Program-made: the position numbers and the translations under genes
Assembly (NCBI GenBank): GCA_051362555.1
Contig: CM120648.1
Location: 19,216,587 to 19,280,586 of the forward strand
DNA length: 64,000 nt
From: Lingula anatina
Lineage: Eukaryota; Animalia; Brachiopoda
Direction of reading: 5' to 3'
In this document: positions 28,260-40,200 of the stretch, one piece after another
Numbering within the stretch: the stretch's first letter is position 1
How the letters are laid out: the number at the start of each line of letters is the position of its first letter
The notes under the pieces: generated by a model
What the model saw: only the letters and a program-made list of their open reading frames with translations
What the model was told of the DNA's origin: nothing
The model's database searches: none

Positions 28260-31200
28260 ATATGCAGTTACAAAAGTTTTCCTGTAAATTACTTTTTAAA
28301 CCTTTTTAATATTTAATCTAATATTTTTCTAGGCTTGAAGAACATGAATGGGACCAGGACAAATGCGTTTTCCAATTCCTTGGCCTGCAGTTTTTATGAC
28401 AGAATCACCTATCATTTCCAAATACTGTGTGGCAGTGAGCACCATCACAACCTCTGACATTCTTTTAAGGACTGATAAATATTTTGTGCTGCGCTAGCTG
28501 TTGCTTATAATAATATTTTTTGATCATCAGTATTACTACATTTGTCATATATTTTACAGTATATTTGAACCATGCACCATAGGTAACATATGCGAAGTTT
28601 AGCTTTTGCATAAATGACATGCCTTGTAGACAGAAACTTCTACTTATAAAAATAAATTCAAAGTATGGATTGGTACAGGACTAACTGGGCATCAGTGAAA
28701 ACAACTGCTGACCCAAGGTAAATTTATAAAATAATATTATTATTAATATTGATCCTGTTTTTAAAAGGAGTGGTGTGTTCATTGGTTAACTGTATGTACT
28801 GATTAAGTAGTGTAAAATAATCGCCATATTGAAGTGTTGCTAAAATAAAAAATAATTTTTTTTGCCACAAATATACAATGTGTATTACATGTATGAAAAT
28901 AAAATAAAGAAAATTGAATTGATGTTTCTTTTTTTCTTTTTTTTTCATAAAAAGGGACTCTTATCAGTTGGACTAAATAAATAAATGCTTATTTACAAAG
29001 AAAAAATATGAAATGTTTATTTTCCTCTATTTATCCTGTGCAAGCTTCATTTCACTATATAGACAATAATGAGCGGTGGAAAAAAACGAGGTCAGAATAC
29101 CTACAGGATGTAATGAGTCAAAACGAGGCTGGTATACGGTTGTTGCAAGGAAGACATTTTTTGCATACACGGGTGTGAATTGATTTGTGCCATTCCTGGA
29201 TGAAGGTAAAGTTCCGTACATGCTTACATTTACAGAAAGCTGAATAAATTTGCCACAACTTACTGGTAATTTAAAATTGGAACCTGTTCTCTAAGAATGC
29301 AAGCATTTGAGTCAAAGTTGAACTTCCGCTGTAGCTTTAGTAAAATATTTGGTTTCAAACTCGCTTTTCTACACAAAAAAGGGTTTAAATCAACTCGAGG
29401 AGCTTCTGACATGATTTGCAATTTACTTTTTAAAATGACAGTGTACATAACAAAACTTTTATACCCTTAATAGCCGAGATATTCCACCGTTTCTGACACC
29501 CTATAAATCTCAAAAAATTTCACCCAATTCAAATTCTTCAACTTCCAGTTTGGTTAAAAGCCACCTAGCGGCAGACCGGTGGCTCCCAGGCTGTGTAGTT
29601 CCTACTCGAATAATATGCGGAATAGCACAGGTCTCAAACTACTGCGCATGCGCGAAAAGTACGCTGTTTGAAATAAACAAATGCATTTATTTTCTCTTCA
29701 CAAATAGGGTAATTTCTTTCGCATTTATAGTGTTATATGTGGCACCAAGGGGATTTTCCACCCCTCCCCCACTCTTGATTAATAAAATTATCCATCGGGA
29801 GGAATGAAAATTATATTGCAAAATACATTATAAAGCGTAGGAAGGTTAATTGCAGATAATACTGTGAGGATATTCTAGGGGGTCATGCCGATACTCCCCC
29901 GCACCGTAACTCCCCCGTACTAATACTCCCCCGCACCGATACTTCCCCTTAGTAAATTTTTGCATTATGCACATCGATACGACCTCACACCGATTGATCC
30001 CCGCATCGATAAATCCCCTCTAAAATTGCCGTTATACGCACACCGTTACTCCCCCGCAACGATACTCCCCGCATTATTACTCCCCCTATGCAATTTCCAC
30101 GAAACTGAGGGTCTGGGTAATGGAGAGTCATCCCTTCATTTAATTATAGGCCTACAGGTTAGGGTCAATCGACGTAAGTGGGTCAAAATCTAGGGCGGGG
30201 CTGAATTACCTATGCAAATTGATGGGAACCGGACTGTCTATCATGGGAGAGTATGTCACCTTGCATCAATTTTTTTCACATATAGATTTGAAAAATTGGT
30301 CAACGCCTTGGAAGCACGGCCTGCATTGTATAAGAAATACTTTTTTCAAATGGAAAAACGCTTTGGATATTGGTGAGATGAGTAAAAAAAAAATGGCCAC
30401 AGGGAGATCCTTGGTGATGTTGTTTTTATGCTATTGCGCAGTGCATACAATAATTGCTTACAATTGAACATCGAAGCCGTACAAAAGAAGCCGCAAAATT
30501 CCTAAAAAATCTTGGGCGACAACACATTAGTCTCATTCACAACCGGCCGCATGGACTCAACGACCCGTTTGAGTCCAAATTTTGCGGAGAATCTCACGTG
30601 CCACGCAAGTCCTGTATGCGAAATTATGAGTTCGCATGCACGTATGTAAGCACGTACGGAGGATACTAAACATTTCCAATAGATGCTACAAATAATCTTT
30701 GTTACGCTTTATTCTACAAATAATCTCAAGTTACGCTTGCGGCCTCGCTGTTTAAATAACCTTTAAACAGCGGGGCCGCAAGCGTAACTTGCTCCCTCCG
30801 CAAGGAGTTTGCGAGGAGTTTGCAAGTGAGACTTGCGTGGTCCAAGACGCACGTCGTAAGCAATGAGAGAGAAAGTGCCCTTTGCGTGTTGAGTACGGCG
30901 CACGCCCTCACATCTATGATGAAGTAAGTCGAAAACACGGCGGGACTGCGAGAATAATAGGTGTGCTCACGACGCATGCTCGTTGTCCAACAATTTTCAG
31001 AAATTTTGAATTTTGCTCAATTCAGATTCTAATGTGCCTCCAAAAGACAAGGGAAAGAAGTTTAAGAGCAGAAAAGAAGGTTGGAGGAAGATAACAGAAA
31101 ACGAAGCGCTTTAGCACTGCTTTTTTATTATTTAATAATTTAACAAAATCATCGTTGCCTGAAGAAAAGACATAGCTGCGTCATCTTAGATTAAAACTAA

Positions 31201-34200
31201 CGTTGCCTTAACTAAATAAATAAAAGGGCGTATAATATAAATACGGTAACTACAGTAGGAGAACAATATTTATTTTGCACAAACATTTCTCAAATTTACA
31301 AGGCATAGCTATAGGCCCAGGGCTCGACAGTAACGCTGGCCCGCTGGCCCGGGGCCACTGAAAACCGGTTACGGGCCAGTAAATCACATGTGTTACTGGC
31401 CCGAAGGGCAAGTGGGGTTTAATACGCCGAATAAACGTAATATTTGACGATACCTCGCTTCTCGGTAAAATCCCAAGTCCTAAAGTGCTAGCGATCGGAC
31501 CTGCTTTTGCGTAAATAGCTGTGCCCCCCTTTCAATTGGCGCAAATCTGTTATTTGCAAAAACTATTTTGAGAGGGGGGGACAGTGAGGAACAGAAGAGC
31601 AGCTGACGTGTTTTGCATAATTTAATGCATGTGACTTGTTATAGCCAATCAGCTATTCGATTTTTGACCTCGCTGAGTACAATGCTAAAAGTTTGTGTGT
31701 CACTAACCACGCGCGCACTACGAGATCACGCAAGCTGGAAGCCATTATTGTCAAACATGAGACAAGCTAAATTGACTAATTTTTGGCCTAAAGTTTCAAC
31801 GGACCCGAACTTGGAGCCCGTGCCGGAAAGTAGTGGGGTTACTTCAACCGAATTATCCACAGGCTTCAGTTATGAACAAAAACGCAAACGTGAATTCCAA
31901 ACGCAATGGATAAAAGAATTCCCCGGAATTAATTGGACTGAAGAAAAAGGAATGACATGCACCACGTGCGTGGAGCATAGCAGTTGCAGAGCGAGCGTGT
32001 TTGTAACCGGGTGTACAAACTTCCGGAAGCATTCAATAAGATGTCACTTTGAGTCTTCTCAACACCTAGATGCAGAGAGGGTGAAGGCATGTGCACAGAG
32101 GGGCCATATAGGACCCTTAGACAGGATCGTGAGAAAAATCGGAGAAAAAAACAAACAGTTACTCACATATCTTTTCAACACTGCGTATTGTGTTATTCAC
32201 GAGGAAATGGCTTTTACCACATACCCAGTTTTATTAAAGCTTCAAATAAAGAATGGATCGGACCTACGCCGTTGCCAAAGCTATGCCAGTGACAAGGCCT
32301 GCGCCAGGTTAGCGTACCTTTATGTATTAAATTATAAATACACAAAGAATCCGGTTCAAACTGCCTGTTGTTAATGATATTTTCAGTGAGGTAACTGACA
32401 ACATTTTTGACAAGATTTAACCTTTCGTGGGTAACAAATGCAGTTACAATTCAATGTCATTGTCAATTTTTGTAATCTCTACTGTTTTGACGTTACTCAT
32501 TAGGCTTTATTTATTTATTTATTTATTTATTTATTGTAGTGGATACATTAGTAAATTTAGTTACAGTTTTAGTAACAACTTTGTTCTTTATATCCAATAA
32601 GGTTTACCAAGTACATTGTGCAAGGGCTAAGAGAGCCATTCATTGAGGACATACGTGATACCGATGTGCTTCGCATAACTTTTGATGGGGCAACTGATTG
32701 CAGCGTTTCGGAAACTGAAATCGTGTATTGCAAGTATATGCAGCAACAAGCATAATGTGTATTATCTGAAAATATCACTTACATGAAATATAAAAGAAAA
32801 ACCTTGAGTGAAACAATCATTCTTGAATATTTAATTAGTAATGCTGATATTGATTTAAACATATGTTTTAGATGTGTAAAAAGTGGAGAACCAAAAGAAG
32901 TTTTAGTTGCCTTGGAGGACCTGGAACATGCACACGCTGATGGTGTTATGAGTGCCATTTCAAGGGGTATGAATAGAATTGCAGGTAATGGTTTATAAAA
33001 ATTACTGGAACGAGTGTAAATTTTAGAATGTCTTTATTCTCTGGCCAACAGATATGTTATTTTAAATGCAATAAAATTTTCGTAACAAGTCATTATAGAG
33101 GTTTTAAGCACTGGTTGCTTATAATGCACATAAAGGTTATTTCAAACGAACTGTTATGAATTTGTACTGATTCCATGTCTGTTCTCTCTTTCTTTCTATT
33201 AGATTTTTTTAGTTATTTTCATTGCATTGATTTATGTTCAATATTTGCTTTTTAAACTGTAGTAAATAAAAATTAATTTTTTTTATAAGGTGCAGACTGG
33301 CTCACCAAAGTTGTAGGAGCTGGATGTGATGGAGCATCAGTAAACTTAGGACCAAACAACAGTGTGGGTACTCGATTGAAAGATGGAAGGCCGTATATAA
33401 CGTTGGTTCATTGTGTTGCACACCGTCTGGAACTGGCAGTGGTCAGTGCTATTAAGGAAAATGCTTATATGGCAACAGTTAATGATATTTTGAAGAAAAT
33501 ACACAAACATTATCACTATTCCCCCAAGGCACTGAGGGACTTACAAGCTATAGCCGTCTTCATGGAAGAAAAGGTTATCAAGCCAACTCGTCTGCAAGGA
33601 ACCAGATGGGTCCCCCATGTTTTAAAGGCCTCAAAAGTCCTGATTTCAAGTTACCAAGTTATTACTACACACTTTGAGCATGTGGTGGAATCTCCACCTG
33701 GATCCCATTCCATAGAGGTGAAAGGAAGGGCAACATTTCTGGCCAAAAATCTGAAAGATTTTAGAGTGTTGAGATTTCTCTTTCACATTAGAGATATATT
33801 AGAAGTGGTATCTAATCTATCACTTGCAATGCAGTGCAGCAAAGCTACATGTGTTGATTTCCTGGACAGCTATGAAACTGCTCTCATGCTACTTACGGAG
33901 TTGCAATATACCCCTGGTATAGAATACAGCAGTTTCTTGGCTGAGGTCAATTCCCCTCCATATGGGATGTTTAGGGGGGTGCAGCTGGAGCATATTGAGC
34001 AAAATCCTGTGAGATACCAAGACCTTGCTGATGTTTGTGTTCTTGTACAAAATAAAGTCATCACCAGATTAGAAAACGAGCAGGATCCTTCCATGGCTGT
34101 GTTGAATGCAGGGCGTGTCTTTGACACTAAGGAGTGGCCTTTGGATCGCCAGAACTTAGCAGGATATGGGAATGACAGTGTAGGGTATCTTGTGAATCAT

Positions 34201-37200
34201 TTCAGGCCTGTTCTTCAGAATCTTGGAGTGTATGATTTTCCCAGTATACGTAATGAGTGGGCTCGCATGAAGGCCATATTGGGAGTGAGACTGCAGAGAA
34301 ATCCAAGACCGACTGTGCAAGAAATATTCATCACGCATGCAGATGATTTAAAGCATATTCTTAAACTTGTTGAAATAGTATTGGCAATCCCTGTTTCCAG
34401 TGCTAACTGTGAACGTGGATTCTCTGCACTGAAGAGAATCAAAAGTGATTGGAGGGCATCTCTTGCTACCGTACAAACCAATGATTTGCTTTTTGCTTCA
34501 TTGGAAGGCCCTGACCTTGAGTCATTTTCTGCAGAAAGAGCCTTGCATCTCTGGTGGACAGAAGCTCAGAGACAGCGGCGCCCCCAGTTTCAGGAAGCAC
34601 CCGTTGATGGAGATGCAGATGAACTGTTCAATTTCCTCTTGAACCACAATGATTAAAGGACAACTCAGTGGGTTAGATTAATGTATAGAAGCAGGTTCTA
34701 TGTAAAACTTTGATCAGATTTGTGTTTTGGGAGATTGTTTATTATTATATGAATAAGTCTGGGTCACAAAAGTCCTGTTAAGACAACTAGAATAAAGAAT
34801 TAGAAAACGAAAACTATTTATCATGATTTCGGAGCACAGCCAGAAGTACTTCAGGCTCAAGGTCACGACCTCGATTTTCCCATGCTTACGACCAATCACA
34901 GCAGGCTTCAGTCAGAATGAGATAGACGTCACGACTACACAGCGAAACTTGTCAGACATGTAAGTGCCGCCTGTCCATCTTTTCGGTACATGTACCGATC
35001 AAAAACAGAAAAAGTAAAGCCCAAAAACGCTCTTATACACGTAACCAACTTTGTATGAGCACAAATATTGCCATTTATTGTGAACGGGATAATATGATAA
35101 TGAGACACACTTGAGACCTGTGAAGCGCATACTCACGTGTCGAGGAGTAGTTTTGCCATTGCCTCGTATGTGAGTCCTAACTCAGCTTTAAGTGTCCTCC
35201 ACCGCCCCACCTCCCTCCCAACATACACAGTCTGACTGCTTCTTCGTCTGTCTCTAATTTCTTTCGTATCTTTCGAACAGGAGTGGCTATTTTCTTTCGC
35301 CCCCTTTTGTCGCTCTCCTCTTCAGACTTGACGCGCGTCTGAGCCATGTTTGCTGTTTTGGCGCCAAATAGTAACATCCGGGTCTCAGCCGTAGTACTTC
35401 ATTCATAGTAAACCGCGAGACTTAGCGAGAAATTGCGCGTTCTGAAGCCGTACTGTGAGGTGGTAGCTGAGTATTTAAGACGAGTCGTCTTTTATTATTT
35501 AATGGAACTTAAAAACGGTATTAGGTAGCTTCATTTTCTGAATGGTTTTGGATAGGATATACCTTGGTCATTATGGGGAAATTGGTGAGTTTTCCAGGAA
35601 AATTCATTTTCGTGCTATTTTAAGGGTTTAACGCGCTGAGACTGTCTTTAAAAACTAATTTAATAAATAGGTTATGTGTTTAAAAGGATCAAACAATGTT
35701 TCCAAAAGTTTATTCTTAAATTGCCTGTAATAAATGAATAGTAAGCAAATAATAGTTGCGACTTCTGATGTCATGTTGGGCAAGTGGAAAGCTGAGTCGG
35801 GCCAGTGAGTTTCATGCCTCACTGGTCCAATGGGCCAGAAGAAAAAAAAGTTAGTGTCAAGCCCTGCAGGCCTACGTACTGTTAAGCTGCACGCAAAGTC
35901 TGAGATCGACTTTGAGCAACGCCCTTTTTTTCCCCAATATATTTCGAATAAATTGTGTCAATCCCCTATGTGTCCCAAGAGGGTGGTGCATCTTGAAAAA
36001 AAAAAATAGCATAATAGAAAGGGTTTTGAATCACGATTTGTGTTTACAAAGCCCAGGGAATTTTTTGCTTTGGGGGAGTAGTGTTTTTGCGGAGTATTGG
36101 TAGGCGGGAGCATCAGTGGGGGAAGTATCGATGCGAGGATGTAAAGAAGCTGGGGAGTATTGGTGCGGTGATGTAAAGAAGCGCGGGAGTATCGATGCGG
36201 GGACGTATAGGCATTCTAGTCAGGGGCGAACTCGGCCAATATAAAAATTTTAACTTCGTCTTACGATTTTGGAGCGCCTGTTCTAATTTTTAATAGCGAG
36301 GCAATGGAACCAAACAAAACGAATCTAAAAAGAATTGATATTTTTTAATAGAGGTTATAGCCGGGCGTATATCAAAAGGCGGCTCGTTTATTATTGTGAT
36401 ATGTAATAATAATTTATGTAAAAGATACGATATAATAGGTTCTTGTCGATTAGCTTTATTGATTTTTATGTACAGACACAGATGTGTCTGTACATATTGC
36501 CATCACCTGCGTCTGTCGTCGCTGTCGCCGTCGCCGTCGCCGATGCCGATGCCGTCGCCGGCGCCGTGCACTTTCCTTGTTAACACAATAAGTGGATGGC
36601 AGTTTTACTTTTTGGTTTTATATTTACAGAGCTGATGAATATTCATAAAACGCAGGTCAAGTTCGAAAATCAGCATGATCGGGCCATTATTGTAGAAGTT
36701 ATGCTGTTTTTTCACTTTTCAGCATATATGCAACCCTGTTAACGCATTTTAAGGAAAACCGATAGGCCTGTTGTCATGAAACTCACAGGAAAAATCGATC
36801 TTACTAAAATGCAGGTCAAGTTCGAAAATAGGCATGATCGGGCCACTATTTTAGTAGTTATGCTGTTTTTTCACTTTTTAGCATATATGCAACACTGTTA
36901 ACACAATATATGAAAAACAGAGTGGCCAATTGTCATTAAACTCATAGGAGTGGCCAATCTTACTAAAATGCAGGTTGAGTTTGAAAATTAGCATAATTGG
37001 GTCATTGTTTCAGAAGTTATGCTGTTTTTTCACATTTCCTCAAATTCAATTCTTAGGCAAATTAACAGTCTTATTATTTAACTAATAAGATACATAAAAG
37101 TGTTTATATGACATTTCCTGCATCTTTACAACATTGTAAGTTGATTATGTAAAAATTATGGTAAACTTGTTACCGTATATTGTGTAATAAAGAGTCAAAA

Positions 37201-40200
37201 ATGGAAATAAACTCATATCATTGCAGTTTGTCAGATTCAATCATTCAGTATGTTCAGAATCTCAGAATGGAAGAAATTGGGCATTTAACACTATTCTATT
37301 GATATTTTTCTCATCTCATCAATTTTCTTAGTTGATCATATAAAAATGGCAGTAAACTGTTAATTTTGTTTTATGTAAAAAAATTGTTAAAGATGGGGGG
37401 GAAAACCCATTTCAGAACAGTGCTGTCTTGTTTCACATTTCCTCAGATTCAATTCTTAGGCATGTTAACAGGCTCATTATTGAACTTATAAGATATGTAA
37501 AAGTGTTTGTTTGACATTTCCTGCATCTTTATAACATTATTAGTTGATTTTTAAAAAAATGATGTTAAACTTGTTATCGTGTATTATGTAAAAAAGTGTC
37601 AAAAATGGAAATAAACTCATCATTGCAGTTTGTCAGATTCAATCATTCAATATGTTCAGAATCTCAGAATGGAAGAAATTGGACATTTAACACTGTTCTA
37701 TTGATATTTTTCACATCTCATCAATTTTCGATGTTGATCATATAAAAATGGCAGTAAAATGTTAATTTTGTTTTATGTTAAAAAAGTGTTAAAAAGGGAA
37801 ATAAACCATGTTGAAACGGTACTGTCTTGTTTACATTTTGGCATTTTTATGTACAGACAGAGATGTGTCTGTACATATTGCCATCACCTGCTTCTGTCGT
37901 GGCCGGTGTCACCGTCGTCGTCGGTGTCACCGTCGTCGCCGTGCACTTTCCTTGTAAACATGATAAGTGGAAGGCAGTTTTACTTTCTGGCTTTATATTT
38001 ACAGAGCTGATGAATATTCATAAAACACAGGTCAAGTTTGAAAATCAGCATGATTGGGCCATTATTGTAGAAGTTATGCTGTTTTTTTTTCACTTTTCAG
38101 CATATATGCAACACTTTAAACACATTTCAAGGAAAACCGATAGGCCTGTTGTCATGAAACTCACAGGAAAAATCGATCTTACTAAAACACAGGTCAAGTT
38201 CAAAAATCGGCATGCAGCCTGAGTTGGAAGAGCAGTCTAATTGGATTCTTTTTCTGGAAGTTATTCATTTTCAAAGTGTGAACTTGAACTCCCATGGGCC
38301 TGAAGATTTATGCTTGTTACACATTTTACTTACATTGGAATTACCTGTTGAGCATAATTAAAATTTGATGTTGAATTTGCAGTTTAACATAATGTACTTT
38401 TGCATCAGAATTGACAGTACCCTATTTTGTTTTTTCCTGCTTTTTGTCTGTACATTTGACAGCTTTGCTGCCTTGTTTAAGTATTTGGAGACTAAAAACA
38501 CAATTTAAGCTGAATGGTTTCAAATCGAGGCACCACGTATTTTAATACTGTTAAAACCACGGAAAAGGTCAAGGACGTTTCAGATCGCTGACGGTGCGCG
38601 CGCGCCATCTGGTGTTAAGTCCGCGAATGACCGTTTGCGACAACTGATTGTTGAGTTGCTGTAACTGATTGTTGAGTTGCGATAAGTGATTGTTGAGTTG
38701 CAGTAACTGACTTGAATCGTTAATGATTGTTAGATTTTGACGAATGATTAAAATGACCAAAACTAATTTAGTAGAATTAAGTTAAGATAGTTAAAGTAGG
38801 TTTTGGCTGTTAAATAGTGCCGATAGATTGTTGAATTGACGTTTGCATTTTTTGCGTGAATGGCGTTCCATAAATCTAAATGCAACCATATAAATATTAA
38901 AATAATATAGGCTTAACTTAGTAAATTCTTAGTCAAATGTATTTTCATAATCCCCGAAAAATGATATTTTACACATCTTATCAGTATTTTTCTGTACTTT
39001 ATAACCATTGGTAATTTTCGCCCATCGACTTCGTTAAAACAATATGAATATTCTCCACAACACCATGCAGTTTATATTTTAATCAGGCTAACAATACGAG
39101 TTTTACATGGGCATCAAAGTCTTGGTGAGGGTAAGACTATTGCCATTCTGTGTTGCGAAAATTTTTCATATAAACTGTTGCATATTAGATTTATTACCCA
39201 GCCGTGTACAGTGCTAGAATTGTTTTAACTTTTGATTTAAAAACAAATGCCCAAGCATATTTGGAAAGCGTTTAATGACAAAAATTAATATCAGGCTATC
39301 CAACTACCAGACTCGGCACATAAGGATCCTTGAATTAACCGTTATATCGGACCACACTACCCGTTTTCAAGGTGTGTGTTAGGTCGCATTTCGGAGTATC
39401 ATGCCCCAGAACAAATTTTGTAGCACGACTGCGGGCTCATCCACGCTCGGCTGAACAACCTTAAACTGTACTCTAGCTTTAGAGTACTCTATTTTATTGT
39501 CTCTTTGGGGGTATATGGGGACTTTACGACATTCGGTTTAAATGTTTTAACCACTTTTGATAGGGATTTTTGCATTGTATTAGATTAATGTGGCGGTCTA
39601 AGGTTCATCTAGGTGGCTTTCAAATTTATGCACCCGGTTTTAAAATCAAATAGCAATTTTACGACAATCGTTTACTATCCAATCAAGGTGACAGTCGAGC
39701 GTGGGCTCATCCTGTCGGTGTTCCGACTGATACTCCGAAATGCGATCTGACACACACCTTGAAAACGGGTTTTGCAGTCCGATATACCGGTTAATTCAGG
39801 ATCCTTAGGTGCCGAGTCTGGTAGTTGGGTAGGCCTGAATATGCCCTGGTCGTATTTTGACATTTTACCTGCGGTGCGGCAGGTATACATGTGCAGCGGA
39901 TTACCTTTTGCTCACAACACATATCCATTAATAAGTTTCTTCATACTTAAATTACACGTATATTATTACAATTGCTAATTGTGGTTCATCATGCGCACAT
40001 TCTTAAAATCCTTATTTTTACAGATAGTGCACAGGCAGTACAAACAAGTGAACCAGGTAATTTTGTATTTGGTAGTGCTTGGGTTAGGCTTAGAGGTGCG
40101 TTCATTATTCTTATTTTTACTTTTATTTATTTTTTTTTACAAATCTTCAATATAAAGAAATAGCATAATGTTATTAGCATGTACCCCCTGTTCATATGAC

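Larger units (their letters stand above)
31318..35866 (+). mobile_element. Full-length, potentially autonomous hAT DNA transposon
   Basis: TIR cagggctcgacagtaac / gttagtgtcaagccctg; subterminal gggccag/ctggccc repeats; intact transposase; flanks taggcc/caggcc. Confidence 0.9.
29885..36214. mobile_element. Element with GATACTCCCC subterminal repeats (MULE/foldback-like), hosting the hAT transposon
   Basis: atgccgatactcccccgca at left versus tgcggggacgtataggcat at right; clusters of actccccc and ggggagta motifs in inverse orientation. Confidence 0.45.
22942..38870. mobile_element. Long-TIR element whose arms (22942-23880 and 38560-38870) enclose ~15 kb of nested insertions
   Basis: 38560-38870 is the reverse complement of the 23520-23880 region (cgccattcacgcaaaaaatgca ... 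aaacgtccttgaccttt); TA at both outer ends. Confidence 0.55.
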
